Notes: a model not told the origin generated them from the sequence alone. Positions 8,931 to 21,553 are shown, counted from the first letter of the stretch. The stretch: 64,000 nucleotides of DNA from an uncultured Verrucomicrobiae bacterium (GCA_963726745.1 CAVSDR010000005.1:32001-96000), one strand, 5' to 3'. A program made the numbers and translations.

Positions 8931-11900
8931 GAGCCGGATCCTTCCTTGCCGTGCTGGCCGTGACCGGGCGTGAGGCGTCCGCCTTCGGGCGCGCCGGGCG
9001 GTGGCTGCTCGGGGTGGAGATTGGGCTTGTCGCCCTGTGGCGCGTGCCGCCGCATGAAGTCGAGGTAAGCGGTGCCGGTGGGGAGTTTTCCGGGCACGAG
9101 ATTGCAGCTCAGCGCCTTGGTTTCCATGATGGTGACGTTCGGTTCGCCGGAGATGGCCATGAGGTCGTTGGCCACGTCGCCGCGCACCGGGCCGCTCGCG
9201 CCCCAATGGAACGGGATCGCCACTTGATGGATGATCTTGCCGTCTAATTTCAGCGGCCGCATCCGGCGGCTGACGAGCGCGCGCGCTCCGACGGCTCCGC
9301 GCATCGTGACTAACGAGACGTCGTCGGCGTTGCCAATCCCGAGGTCATCCGCGAGTTCCGGCGAAAGCTCGACGAACATCTCGGGCTGCAGCTCCGAGAG
9401 ATGGCTGAGGAAGCGGCTCATGCCGCCGGCCGTGTGGTGCTCGGTCAGCCGATAAGTGGTAAGCACGAAGGGGAACTTCGGATCGCCCGGCGGCGAGAAC
9501 TTGTTCCCCTCGCGGGTGAACCAATTGACCACCGGATTGGTGTCGTGGCCATAAAGCGCGTTCGCGACCGGCGACTCCAGCGGCTCGTAATGATTTGGCA
9601 GCGGACCATCCTGCAAACCCTGCGGCACGTAGAGCCAGCCGAGCCCGTCCTCGTGCAGGATAAACGGCGCGTCGCCCGGCTGGGCCTCGAGGCCTTTCTC
9701 GTCGCCGTTCGGACGGTAGGCCGGGTCTTTGCCTTTCTGGAAATCGGGCACGTCCTGGCCGGTCCAATGTTTCCCCACCGCATCCCACCAGACGAGTTTC
9801 TTGTCTTCGCTCCAGGGACGGCCATCGGGCGCGGCGCTGGCGCGGTTGTAGATGATGCGGCGATCAGCTGGCCAGGCGAAGCCCCAGCCGTGACCGAGGT
9901 AATCATGGGATGCGCGCTGCTTCGCCTTGTTTACCCCGTCGCTCGGGAAACAGCCGCTGTAGATCCAGCAACCGCACGCGGTCGAGCCGTCGGCCTGGAG
10001 TTCGTTGAAACCGTCGATCTGCGCGCCGTGGTGTGGCTGGCCTGAGCGATCGGCGCCGAAGAGGACGCTGCCGTTGGTCTCGTTAGGCGACGTTTTCCAG
10101 CCGTTGATCTCCGCCAGGACCGCTTCCATTTTCGGCTCGCCCTCGTCGTCTTCTGGATACCACCAATCGAGCGCGCGCAGCGGCGCATCCATCGGATCGT
10201 TTGAGGCATGGGCGCGCGCGATCAGGCGCTTCGCAAGTTGATGGATGAACCAGCCTTCGCTGCGCGCTTCGCCTGGCGGATGAACCGCCTTCTCGCGCCA
10301 CTGAAGAAGGCGCTGGGTGTTGGTGAAGGCGCCTTCTTTTTCCGCGTGGCCAGCGACCGGGAAGAGGAAAACCTCGGTCTCGATCTCCTCGGTCTGGAGC
10401 TCGCCGCGCTCGATCTCGGGCGAGTTATACCAGAAGGAAGCGGTCTCCACTTCCACGAGATCACGGACCACGAGCCACTTCAATTTAGCCAGCGCTTTGC
10501 GTTCGAGCCGCGCGTTCTGCGCGCCGACCGCGGGGTTTTGACCCATGACGAACATCCCTTCCATCTCGCCATCGAGCATCTTGTAGAGAAACTCGAAGTA
10601 TGAGTGGTCGCCGGTGATTTTAGGCAGCCAGTTGTAGCCGAAGTCGTTCTCCGCGGTGGCGTTTTTCCCGTAGTAAGCCTTGAGCGTGCTGATGAAGTAG
10701 CTGGGAAAGTTATTCCACAGGCCAGTCGGGTTGGTGTGCTTCTCGAGATACTGCTGGAGCGTATCTTCGCCTTTGCCGGCGCGCGGCATCGCGAGGTAAC
10801 CGGGGAGGGTATCGTAGAGCGTCGGGATGTCGGTCGAGCCCTGGATGGAAGCGTGCCCGCGCAAGGCGAGGATGCCGCCGCCAGGGCGCCCAATGTTGCC
10901 TAACAAGAGCTGCAACATCGCCGCGGTGCGGATGACCTGGACGCCTTTCGAGTGATGCGTCCAACCAACCGCGTAGCAGATCGCGGCGGTCTTGTCGGGG
11001 CCGGACGCTTGCGTGAGCGCGTCGGCTACTTTGTGGAAAAGCTCCGGCGGAATGCCGCAGACTTTCTCCACCATCTCCGGGGTGTAACGGGCGTAGTGGC
11101 GCTTGAGCGTTTGGAAAACGCAGCGCGGATCCTGCAGGGTAAGATCGCGCTGCGGATGGCTCAGGCCGTCGCCTTCGTAGAGCCAGGTCTCGGGATCGTA
11201 GGCGCGTTTCGCTTCGTCCCAACCGGAGAAGAATCCGCTCTCGTGATCCTCGAAACCTTCGCGCAGGAGACAGGAGGCGTTGGTGTAATGGACGACGTAT
11301 TCGCGGAAGAAAAGATCGTGCTCGATCACATGCCGGATGAGCCCACCGAGAAACGCAATGTCGCTCCCGGCGCGGATCGGCACCCAGATATCAGCCAGCG
11401 CGCTGGTGCGCGAAAAACGCGGATCGACGTGAATGATGGTGGCGCCGTTTTCCTTCGCCTTCATCACCCAGCGGAAGCCCACCGGATGCGCCTCCGCCAT
11501 GGAGGAGCCCTCGATCAGGATGCAGTTGGAGCGCGCGAGATCTTGTTGCGCAGTCGTAGCTCCGCCCCGGCCGAAGGAGGTGCCCAGACCGGGCACCGTG
11601 CTGCTATGTCATATCCGGGCCTGGTTCGACACGCACACCATGCCCAGGCCTCCGGTAAACAGCTTCTTGATCAGGTAATTCTCTTCGTTGTCGAGCGTGG
11701 CGCCGCCGAGATGGGCGACCGCGGTGGTGTGATTGACGACTGAGCCGAGCTTCTCGCGGACCATCGTCCGCTTGCGCGAATCCCAGAGCCGCTCGGTGAT
11801 CATCTCCATGGCATTAGCCAGCGAGATCTCGCTCCATTCGCGGGCACGCGGCGCGCGGTATTTCACTTTGGTCTCGCGGAGCGCATGCGTCAGAAGCTGA

Positions 11901-12175
11901 AAAGAAGCCGCGCCTTTCGGGCAAAGATTACCCTGCGAGATGGGTGACTCCGGATCGCCCTCGATCGAGACCAGCTTCCCGTCTTTGTGATAGATCAGCT
12001 GCCCGCAACCGACGCCGCAGTAAGGGCAGATCGAGCGCGCCACCTGCGCGTCATCAGTGCGCGCGTGCCAGGTGCGGGTCTTGTCGGACATCGACTCCAA
12101 CCCGGTGCCGTCGACGCGCTCGCGAATTTGCCGAAGGAGCGGCCATTTCGAGAGCAAGGCGAGGAGCGACGGCAT
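8927..12175 (-). CDS. fdnG: Formate dehydrogenase alpha subunit (Mo/W-bisPGD), selenocysteine at residue 189, 1082 aa
   Basis: ORFs 11609-12358 and 8927-11596 are in frame across one TGA (11611-11609): NQARI-U-HSSTVPGLGTSFGRG. Also CPYCGVGC...LCPKG and TTYRLTEHH. SD AAAGGA precedes the ATG at 12175. Confidence 0.95.
11579..11597 (-). promoter_or_regulatory. SECIS element of the fdh alpha subunit
   Basis: GGTGCCC-GGTCT-GGGCACC hairpin starting 11 nt after the UGA; same geometry and GGUCU loop as the E. coli fdhF SECIS. Confidence 0.9.
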
Positions 12176-12376
12176 CTGTCCTTTGGTTCGCCGCGCCGCG
12201 CGGGACTGGTTGCATGAAACCTCGCCGGAAGTGAATCCGGTCGATGACAGAAATATAATGTAATCTCTGCGTCCAAAACACGCGCAGTGCGTAATCACCG
12301 CCCGATGGAGTGGAACCGTCGCCTCCCACGTCGGGATGCATCCACGGCCAACCTCCATCGGATAACCCCATCAACC

Positions 12377-15300
12377 ATGCGCAAACTACACCCTTCAGAA
12401 AGCGGCGCCTTTAACCCGCGCCTCTTCCTCGCTTTCGTGCTCCTCTGTTTTGGCGGCACGTTCGCGGTCCTGACCTTCGCTTCCACCCCGAGCAGTGGCA
12501 CGCTGACCGACACCTCCGGGCCGCTCACTTATACGATCGCGCCGTTTACCACGGCGAACCCGACGCCCGTCATCCAGGTGGACAATGGCCCGCGCTGCAA
12601 TGGCCAGTTCAACTGCGACAGCTACGCGCTGACGATCAATGTCTCGCCCGCATATCTCATGGCCAACCCGAATGCCTCGGCCAAGGTCACCCTATCGTGG
12701 ACCGATACCGGCAGCGGGAACTCGGACTACGATCTCTACGTTTTCAACGGCTCTGTTCCCACCACCAGCGGATCACGGGCGGCTGATTACCAGTCTGCCA
12801 GTGGAGCAGATCCCGAGGTGGCTGTGATCACCCCGCTGCTCGCAGGGACTCAGCAATACACGATCAAGGTCGTGCCCTACACCCCGACGCGTGAGTCGTT
12901 GACGGTGAAGATCGAACTCCAGGCCGGCGCTGCGGGCGGCGGCGGCGGTCGGTGGTGGCGGCGGCAGTTTCGGCGGTGCGGATGCGTCCGCTCCAGGGAA
13001 GCCGCGTTACCAGAATTTCTTCGCCCCCACGGGCTCCTCCGCGGAATCCTCCACCGGCGAGTTTAACATCGGCTTCAATCCGCTCACTGGCCGAATCATG
13101 GCGATGAACGCCGGTCCGATCTGGCGCCTGACTCCGCCGGAGCGTCTCGTCCCGGCTCGTCCGGCTTGCTGCGAAGCTCTCTGGCAGGATCGCTCCTCGA
13201 CCGTGACCGATACCGGCCTCGACCCGATTCTTTTCACGGACGCGAAGAGCGGCCGCACCTTCGCCTCGAACGCGACCACGGGCGCAAACATCCTCTACGC
13301 TTACAGCGATAGCGATGGCGAACCGAGCGCGACCCAGCCGACCGGTTGGACCCCGATCGGGGCAGCGCCCGCAAACGGCGGCGCGGATCACCAGACGATC
13401 GGCAGCGGGCCGTTCCCGGCCTCGCTTTCCGCGCTCTCCACGCCGCTTAATCAGGGGCGTTATGTCCTCTATTGCTCGCAGGATTTAGTCGGCGCCTTCT
13501 GCCAGAGCAGCTACGACCTCGGCATGAGCTACGGCCCGGGCGTTTCCGCCACGGGCAACGGCATCGGTTCGCAAGGCTGCGGCGGCCTCCATGGCCACGT
13601 GCGCATCGCGCCCGATGGCACCGCCTGGCTGCCGGATGATTCCTGCACTGGCAAACAGGGCGGATCGTTCTCGCTCGACGCCAGCACCACGCCTTGGACG
13701 GAGTTCGTGGTCCAGAAGACCGCGGCCGATGCCGAGGGCCCGGCCTTCACCGCAGTCTCGCAAACCAACGGCGCCGATCCTTCCATCGGCATCGACAAGG
13801 CGAACACGATCTACTTCTGCTACGTGAACAACGAAGCAGGCGGCACCCAGGGCCACGCGCACGTTGCCGTCGGCAAGCGTGTCGGCTCGACGATCAACTG
13901 GATTCGCGATCGCGACATCGGTCTTGCCTCCGGCGTGGTCAACGCCGCCCACACCGAGGCGATCGCGGGCGACGCCGGCCGCGCTGCTTGCGGCTTCTAC
14001 GGCACGAACGTCTCCGGCAATTATCAATCCGGCACGTTCCCGGGCGTTTGGTATCCGTTCATCGCCACGACCTACGATGAAGGCCGCACCTGGACCACGG
14101 TGAACGCTTCGCCGAACGATCCCGTGCAGAACATGACCGGCATCTGGCAGCAGGGCGGCAGTGGCCAGAACGGCAACCGCAACCTGCTCGATTTCAATGA
14201 AATCACGATGGATAACGAAGGCCGCGTCCTCTACGGCTACAGCGACGGTTGCCACACCCAGGCCTGCCTCGACGGCACGCCCGGCGATCGCGGCGCCTTC
14301 ATGCGCATCGCCCGCCAATCCGGCGGCCGCACGCTCCTGGCGGCGTTCGATTCCATGACGGACACCACGACCGCGCTCGCCCCGAAACCGCCTTGCCTTA
14401 GCGGCACGCGGACCGCGGCGGAGTCGCTGCTCTCGTGGAAAGTGCCGGATAATGGCGGCACCGAGATCGTCAATTACAAGATCTACCGGAGCAACGCCTC
14501 CGGGGCGGAAGTCTTCATCGGGCAGACCGGCAACGCCACCCCGAGCTATCGCGACCTCAATCCGCCGGCCGACGCGCATCTCTTCTATCGCGTGCTCGCG
14601 GTGAACGCGGTCGGCGAAGGTGGATTAAGCAACGAGATCGATCTTACAGCTACCGTGCTGCCGCCGGTGCAGAGTGTCTGCCTGGCTCCCGGGCTCACCA
14701 TCTTGTCGGATAAAGCGGCCGACACCAGCGCCGCCCTTGGCTTGGTGGCCACGCCAGCGCCTCCGGGATCCGATCTCCTCGCGCTCCGGTTGTCGCAGCC
14801 TTACCAGGCCGATGGCATCCCGCGTTTGATCTTCACGATCAATACCGACCCGAACGCGAGCAACACGGAGTCGCCGGGTTGGGCGGCGTATGTTGCGATC
14901 AAGATTAACGGTCCCGACCCGCTCGTGGCGGGTGACACGGCCACGGTTCACTACCGCGGCGTGCGCCTGGCCTACAAGCCAACCGCCACCTTCGAGTCCT
15001 ACAAACCCAGCGCGAACAGCTCGGGTGGCGTCGATGGACGCTTCGTGACCGCGGGTTCAACCAAGCCAGCCGAGGCGACCAGCAACTATGACGGTGCCAG
15101 CGGCAAGATCACGATCGTGGTCAAGGCGAGCGATCTGAACCTGAATCCCGGCGACGTGATTTCAGGCTTCGTATCGGGCGTTTCTCAAACGACCGATCCC
15201 ACGGCCGTCGGAGCCGCCTCCGCGACCGCGCTCTATGATCAAATGCCCGACAGCCTCACCTTCGCCAGCAGCTACACCTTGCCAATCTTCGGCACCTGCT

Positions 15301-15836
15301 CGGCCCCGGGGTTTGTCTCGCGCCTCACCCACGGCACCGTGGGCGAGTTCGACATCCCGCTGTCTGCCGGCAGCGCCACGATCGAGCCTCGCGTCGGATC
15401 GCCGCGCGGCACCTACACGGTCATCTACTCGGCTAACCAGCTCGTGACCGCGGCCGGTAATGCCACCGTGCAAGGCGCCAGCCTCGCCGGCCAGCCGACG
15501 GTCGGCCCGAATGCCAACCAGATCAGCATCCCGATCACGAACGTGGGCAACAGCCAGCACATTGTCGTGGGGCTCGACGGCGTCCAGGCCAGCGGCACGC
15601 TCAACGGCTTGAGCGCGCAGATGGACGTCCTCGTGGGCGACGTGAATCGCAACGGCACGGTCAACGCCGGTGATGCCATCGTCACCCGCAACGCCTCCGG
15701 CCAGCCGACCGTCGCGGGGAACTTCCTCATCGATGTGAACGCCGACGGCACCGTCAATGCCGGCGACGCCATCATCGTCCGCAGCACCTCCGGCAACGCC
15801 CTCGGCGGTGGCACGGCCGCGGCAGCGAGTCGCTAG
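12377..15836 (+). CDS. Large secreted protein: PPC-like domain, BNR/beta-propeller-like core, FN3, C-terminal SRxTHG + dockerin-like module (one frameshift near 12950)
   Basis: Signal-like N-terminus MRKLHPSESGAFNPRLFLAFVLL. The frames join in a Gly linker. Also TYDEGRTW (Asp-box), LSWKVPDNGG..IVNYKIYR (FN3) and a duplicated GDVNxxGTVNAGD. Confidence 0.75.
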
Positions 15837-15859
15837 TCGCCGCGCATCGCGAAAATCAG

Positions 15860-15894
15860 CACGGCCCCGGAGCAATCCGGGGCCGTGTTTGTTT
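15860..15894 (+). terminator. Intrinsic terminator
   Basis: CACGGCCCCGGA-GCAA-TCCGGGGCCGTG perfect 12-bp stem followed by TTTGTTT. Confidence 0.85.
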
Positions 15895-15913
15895 CTCCGG
15901 GAATCGCCGAGGC

Positions 15914-17254
15914 CTACAGGGCGGCGAAGGCCGCGTCCAGCACCTCCAGCAGGAAATCGGCGTCTGCTTTCGTGAGGCACATGGGCGGGGAAAAGCGGAT
16001 CGTCTGGCCCCAGAGGCCGCCCTTGCCTAACAAGAGGCCCATGTCCTTGGCGGTCTCGAGCACCTGGGCGCACTCGGCTTTAGCCGGCTCTTTGGTCGTG
16101 CGATCCTTCACCAGCTCAATTCCGAGCATGAGACCTTTCCCACGGACGTCGCCGATGATGTTGTGCTTCTCCTGCAGGCGGCGGAGACCGCCTAACAAGT
16201 GGTTGCCTATTTCCAGCGAATTAGCCTGCAACTTCTCCCGGTCGATCACGTCGAGCACAGTGCTGCCAATCGCAGAGACCACCGGGTTGCCGCCGAAAGT
16301 GTTGAAGTGAATCCGCTGCGCCAAGGCCTGCGCGATCTTCGGCGTGGTCACGACTGCGCCGAGCGGCGCGCCGTTGCCGATGCCCTTGGCCATGCAGACG
16401 ATGTCCGGGAGCACGTCCTGCGTCTCGAAGCCCCAGTAATGCGAGCCGGTGCGACCAAAGCCGGCCTGCACTTCATCGGCGATGCAGACGCCGCCCGCGG
16501 CGCGCACATGTTCGTAGGTGTGCTTCAGGTAACCGTCCGGGAACACGATCACGCCGCCCACGCCCTGGATCGATTCCGCGATGAACCCCGCCACTTTCCC
16601 AGGCGTGGCGTAGTCGATCAGGCTCTTCACATCGTCGGCATACTTGCGTCCGGCGTCCACATCGTCGCGACCCCAGACGCCGCGATAAGGATCGGGCGTG
16701 AGCGCGTGGTGCACCCCGAAGCTGTGCGGGATGTTGTATTTCCAGGTATGATGCGCGGTCAGTCCCATGCCGCTGGCGTTGCCGCCGTGGTAGGCGTTGC
16801 GCAGCGCGATCATGTCGTAGTTGCCGGTGTAGGCGCGCGCCATCAGCAGCGCGAGATCGTTCGCTTCCGAGCCGCTGTTCACGAAGTAACAGACCTTCAG
16901 GTCGCCCGGCATCTTGCTGGCTAATTTCTCCGCGTAGGCGCCCACGTTCGGGTTCAGGTAGATCGTGGTCGAATGCTGCAGGAGCTCGTTCTGCTTCCGT
17001 GTTGCCTCGACCACGTCCGGGTGGCAATGCCCCACGCTCACGGTCACGATCCCGCCGAGCGCATCGAGGTAGCGCTTGCCGGTCTCGTCCCAGACGTACT
17101 GCATCTTTCCCTCCACCATCATGAGGGGCTTCTTGTAGTAGAGAAAAATGCCGGGATTGAGGAATTGCTTCCGTTGCGCCATCACTTCGTCGGCCGAGGG
17201 ACCGGAGTAAGGCGCGGGTTGGAAGTCGGTGGGCGGGAGCTGAGGTGTGTTCAT
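15914..17254 (-). CDS. Class III aminotransferase, AGXT2/PYD4-like (probable beta-alanine/beta-aminoisobutyrate aminotransferase)
   Basis: [46 protein letters not shown]; start overlaps the NCS1 stop. Confidence 0.88.
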   Translation of the reverse strand: MNTPQLPPTDFQPAPYSGPSADEVMAQRKQFLNPGIFLYYKKPLMMVEGKMQYVWDETGKRYLDALGGIVTVSVGHCHPDVVEATRKQNELLQHSTTIYLNPNVGAYAEKLASKMPGDLKVCYFVNSGSEANDLALLMARAYTGNYDMIALRNAYHGGNASGMGLTAHHTWKYNIPHSFGVHHALTPDPYRGVWGRDDVDAGRKYADDVKSLIDYATPGKVAGFIAESIQGVGGVIVFPDGYLKHTYEHVRAAGGVCIADEVQAGFGRTGSHYWGFETQDVLPDIVCMAKGIGNGAPLGAVVTTPKIAQALAQRIHFNTFGGNPVVSAIGSTVLDVIDREKLQANSLEIGNHLLGGLRRLQEKHNIIGDVRGKGLMLGIELVKDRTTKEPAKAECAQVLETAKDMGLLLGKGGLWGQTIRFSPPMCLTKADADFLLEVLDAAFAAL

Positions 17255-18741
17255 AGGCGGGTGGTCAGGCGACGCAACGCGAGGTAAAGCAGGAACGCAA
17301 TCGCGAATCCGACGAACCAGGCATAGCTGTAGAGGCTCACGAGGAAAGCCGGCACGCTCGAGGCGCTGACTAATTTCACGGTCACGAGAAAGCCGGGAAG
17401 GTTCGGGAGAATCGCCCCGCCTAACGAGAGCAAAGCGGCCACGCTGAAACCGTTGCTGTAGCGGTATTCGCCCTCCGGCGCGTAGAGCGCGGGCACGTTG
17501 AGCTTGGTTTTTCGGACGACGAAGTAATCCGCGATCATGATCCCGCCGATCGGGCCGAGGAGCGCACTGTAACCGATCAGCCAGGTGAAAATGTAGCCGC
17601 TCGGATCGGCCACCAGTTTCCACGGCATCATGAAGATGCCGGCTATTCCTGTGATCAAGCCGCCGGTGCGGAAGGAAATTTTCCGCGGCGCGAGATGCGC
17701 GAAATCGTTCGCAGGACTGACGACATTGGCCGCGATGTTGGTCGCGAGGGTTGCGAGACAAAGCGCGAACATTGCGACCACGAGGACGACCGGGTTGGTG
17801 AATTTAGTCAGCACGTCGACCGGATCCCAGATGGTCACTCCGTAGATGATCGTGGTCGCGGAGGTCACGGCGACGCCGATGAAAGAATACAGCGCCATCG
17901 TCAGCGGCAGGCCGAGCGCTTGCCCGACAATCTGGTCGCGCTGCGAGCGCGCGTAGCGCGAGAAGTCCGGGATGTTGAGCGAGAGCGTCGCCCAAAAGCC
18001 GATCATGCCGGTCAGCCCTGGGATGAAGAAGGCCCAGAACTGTCCCTCTTTCGGCTGCCCCGGCGCGAAGGCCGAGGGCTGCGCGAGGATCGGCCCGAAG
18101 CCGCCGGCGTTCTGGTAAGCCCACGCGAGGAGCGCCAGGCCGAGCGCGATCAAGAGCGGCGCCTTGATGTTCAGGAGGAAGCGGATCGACTCGATCCCCT
18201 TGTAGACCACGAACATGTTGATCGCCCAAAAGAACATGAAGCAGCCGAAGGCCGGCAGGCTGATGCCCAGAAATGTCGCCAGTCCCGGTGCGCCTAACGA
18301 GGGGAAAAAGACGCCGAGGATTTTGTAGATCGCGGCGCCGCCGATCCACGTCTGGATGCCGAACCAGCCGCAGGCGACAAACGCGCGCATGAGCGCGGGC
18401 ACGTTCGCGCCGCGGGTCCCGAACGAGGCGCGGCAGAAGACGGGAAACGGAATCCCATACCGCGTCCCGGCATGCGCATTCAGGATCATCGGGATCACCA
18501 CGATCAAGTTGCCGAGAAAGATCGTCAGGATCGCCTGCGACCAATTCATCCCGCCGCCGATGAGCGACGACGCCAGCATGTAGGTCGGGATGCAGGCCGA
18601 CATCGAAATCCAGAGCGCGGCGAAGCTGCCTACGCGCCAGGTGCGCTTGGCGCGGGGGACCGGCGCGAGGTCGGCGTTGTAGAGCACGCTCTCTGCGATC
18701 TCGAGCGAGACTTCCACATCCGGAACGTCGGCCGTGTCCAT
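17251..18741 (-). CDS. NCS1 nucleobase:cation symporter (uracil/allantoin/hydantoin permease family)
   Basis: [47 protein letters not shown]; about 12 TM helices. Confidence 0.92.
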   Translation of the reverse strand: MDTADVPDVEVSLEIAESVLYNADLAPVPRAKRTWRVGSFAALWISMSACIPTYMLASSLIGGGMNWSQAILTIFLGNLIVVIPMILNAHAGTRYGIPFPVFCRASFGTRGANVPALMRAFVACGWFGIQTWIGGAAIYKILGVFFPSLGAPGLATFLGISLPAFGCFMFFWAINMFVVYKGIESIRFLLNIKAPLLIALGLALLAWAYQNAGGFGPILAQPSAFAPGQPKEGQFWAFFIPGLTGMIGFWATLSLNIPDFSRYARSQRDQIVGQALGLPLTMALYSFIGVAVTSATTIIYGVTIWDPVDVLTKFTNPVVLVVAMFALCLATLATNIAANVVSPANDFAHLAPRKISFRTGGLITGIAGIFMMPWKLVADPSGYIFTWLIGYSALLGPIGGIMIADYFVVRKTKLNVPALYAPEGEYRYSNGFSVAALLSLGGAILPNLPGFLVTVKLVSASSVPAFLVSLYSYAWFVGFAIAFLLYLALRRLTTRL

Positions 18742-18827
18742 GCGGAGGCAGAGACTGCCGAAGCCGGCCCGCGTGGGCAACAGGAAAGCATCTTTCCATT
18801 CGCGCGCCGGCCCGCTAGAAGCCTCTC

Positions 18828-20072
18828 GTGTTCCTCCGCTTCGTGAGCGCCCTCGGTCTCGTCTCCATGCTGGCGGCCGCCTGGGCGCTCTCGCGCGATC
18901 GGAAAAACTTTCCCTGGCGCACGGTCCTCTGGGGGCTCGCACTGCAAGCAAGCTTCGCCGTCTTCATCCTGAAAACATCCGTCGGCCTCGCGGTCTTCGT
19001 GGCCGCGCAGCGTTTGATCGACAAGCTGAACGTCTTTGCGCTCGAAGGCGCGCGCATGGTCTTCGGTCCGCTGGCCGATGGCGATGCTTTGAAGGGCGCC
19101 TTCGGTCCGGCCAATGGCTACGTCTTCGCCGTTTTCATCTCGGCCACGATCATCTTCATCTCCGCGCTCTCCGCGCTGCTCTATCACTGGGGCGTGCTGC
19201 AGCGCGTGGTCCACGCGATGGCCTGGGTCATGCGCAAAGCGATGCGCACCAGCGGGAGCGAAAGCCTGGGCGCCGCGAGCAATATTTTCCTCGGCCAAAC
19301 CGAAGCCGCACTCCTCATTCGCCCCTACATCCCGCGCATGACCATGAGCGAGCTGATGGCGCTCATGACCACCGGCATGGCCACGATCGCGAGCGGCGTC
19401 ATGATCGTCTACGCGCAGCTCGGGATCGACGCCGGGCACTTGTTAACTGCGTGTGTCCTGAGCGCGCCGGCCGGTCTCTTGATCGCGAAGATCATGTTTC
19501 CGGAAACCGAAGTGAGCGAGACGCGCGGGAGCGCCTCCGCCGAAGTCCCGCGCACCACCGTGAACAGCATCGACGCGCTCTGCCGCGGCGCCGGCGAAGG
19601 CATCGCGCTCGCGATTAATGTCATCGGCATGCTCATCGCCTTCGTCGCGGTGGTCGCGCTGGCTAATTACCTTTTCACGACCGCGCAGCGCCTCGGCGGC
19701 GTCGCGCAGCCGTTCACCATCCAGCACGCGCTCGGCTGGCTCAACTGGCCCTTCGCCCTCCTGCTCGGCATCCCGCCTAACGACTGCCAGCTCGTCGGCC
19801 AGGTGCTCGGCGAGCGCATCGTGCTCAATGAATTCGTCGGCTATCTCTCGCTCGCGCAGCAGAAGGCGCAGCTCGCCCCGCGCAGCTTCACCCTCGCGAC
19901 CTACGCGCTCTGCGGCTTCGCAAATTTCTCCAGCATCGCCATCCAGATCGGCGGCATCGGCGCGCTCGCGCCCGAGCGTCGCAGCGACCTCGCCCGCCTC
20001 GGCCTGCGCGCCATGATCGGCGGCTTGCTCGCCTGCTACCTCACCGCGGCGCTCGTGGGCGTGCTGCTTTAG
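18828..20072 (+). CDS. Concentrative nucleoside transporter (NupC/CNT family)
   Basis: NIFLGQTEA, GMATIASGV, IVLNEFVGY, YALCGFANFSSIAIQIGG. Confidence 0.92.
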   Translation: MFLRFVSALGLVSMLAAAWALSRDRKNFPWRTVLWGLALQASFAVFILKTSVGLAVFVAAQRLIDKLNVFALEGARMVFGPLADGDALKGAFGPANGYVFAVFISATIIFISALSALLYHWGVLQRVVHAMAWVMRKAMRTSGSESLGAASNIFLGQTEAALLIRPYIPRMTMSELMALMTTGMATIASGVMIVYAQLGIDAGHLLTACVLSAPAGLLIAKIMFPETEVSETRGSASAEVPRTTVNSIDALCRGAGEGIALAINVIGMLIAFVAVVALANYLFTTAQRLGGVAQPFTIQHALGWLNWPFALLLGIPPNDCQLVGQVLGERIVLNEFVGYLSLAQQKAQLAPRSFTLATYALCGFANFSSIAIQIGGIGALAPERRSDLARLGLRAMIGGLLACYLTAALVGVLL

Positions 20073-21453
20073 CGCGCGGCCGTTGCCCGTCGCAGCATCT
20101 GCCCGCGGCCGATCGTGCCGACGAATTTTCCGTCGCGCACCGCGACTTCGCCGCGCACCGTGACCACGCTGGGGCGGCCTTCGATTTCCCAACCTTCGAA
20201 GGCGCTGTAGTCGACGTTCATCAGCTGCGTTTTCGCGGAGATCTTTCCGCGATAGTCCGGGTCGTAGACGACGAGATCGGCGTCGGCCCCGGGCTGGATC
20301 GTGCCCTTGCGCGGGAAGAGGCCGAAGATTTTCGCGGCATTGGTGCTCGCGACATTGACGAAGGTGTTCAGGTCGAGCTTTCCGGTCTTCACCCCGTGGG
20401 TAAACAGCAAGTTCACCCGCTCCTCGAGCGACGGGATGCCGTTCGGGATCTTGGTGAAATCATCGCGGCCCATCGGCTTTTGCGTCAGGAAATCGAAGGG
20501 CGCATGATCCGTCCCGACGGTTTGGATTTCGCCGCTGCGCAGTGCCATTCCAGATCACCGCTTGGTTGCGCTTGTCGCGCAGTGGCGGCGACATGACGAA
20601 CTTCGCGCCTTCGAAAGTCCGGCCGCTCCGCATCGGTCTTATCGAGCACGAGATATTGGATCAAAGTCTCGATGCTCACCTCCACGCCGCGATGCCGCGC
20701 CGCGAGCGCTTCGCGCAGGGCTTCGTCGCAGCTCAGGTGGACGATGTAAACGCGGGCGCCGGTCAGCTCCGCGAAGGTCATCAAGTGATGCACCCCTTCG
20801 GCTTCGACGATCGGCGGCCGGCTCTCGTGATGTTGCTCCGGCCCGGTCAGGCCCGCGCCTAACAACTCCTTTTGCCGTTCGGTCACGAGGGTTTCGTTCT
20901 CGCAGTGCGCGGTCACGATCACGCCCAGTTCGCTGGCTAATTTCAGCGTGTGATAGAGCTCGGTGTCGTCGATCCCGAAGGCGCCCTTGTAGGCCAGGAA
21001 GATTTTAAACGACGAGATGCCGGCCTCGACGATCGCGCGCAGCTGCGCGGCGTTCTCCGCGTCGAAGCGGGTCACGCCCATGTGAAAGGTGTAATCGCAG
21101 GCCGATTTTCCCGCCGCTTGTTCCTGCCAAAGCGCAAAGCCCTCGGCCGCGCTCATCGCGCGCGGCGGGCAGACCATCTCGAAGATCGTGGTCGTCCCGC
21201 CGACCAGCGCGGCCTTCGAGGCGGTCTCGTAGTTGTCCTTCGAATAGGTGCCCATGAAGGGCAGGTAGATGTGCGTGTGCGGATCGATGAAGCCGGGGAA
21301 GACATACTTCCCGGTGGCGTCGATCACTTCGCAGCCGGCCGGCGCTTCCAGGCCCGGGCCGATGCGGGTAATGGTTTCGCCTTCGCAAAAAATATCCGCC
21401 ACGTAGCGTTCGCTCCCGGTGACGATCTCGCCGTTCTTGATCAGTAATGCCAT
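20069..21453 (-). CDS. hydA: Dihydropyrimidinase / D-hydantoinase (frameshifts near 20610 and 20545)
   Basis: LIKNGEIV, PGFIDPHTH, FKIFLAYKG, HCEN, GTDHAPF, FTKIPNG across joined frames. Confidence 0.88.
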
Positions 21454-21553
21454 GGGTCGTTCGCGTCGGATGATGCAAAGTCGGCGCGGCGCTGTCCACT
21501 CCGCGCATCTCCCCGTTTGAGGGAAATCCTTCGCCGGTCGATCTTCCCCGCCA

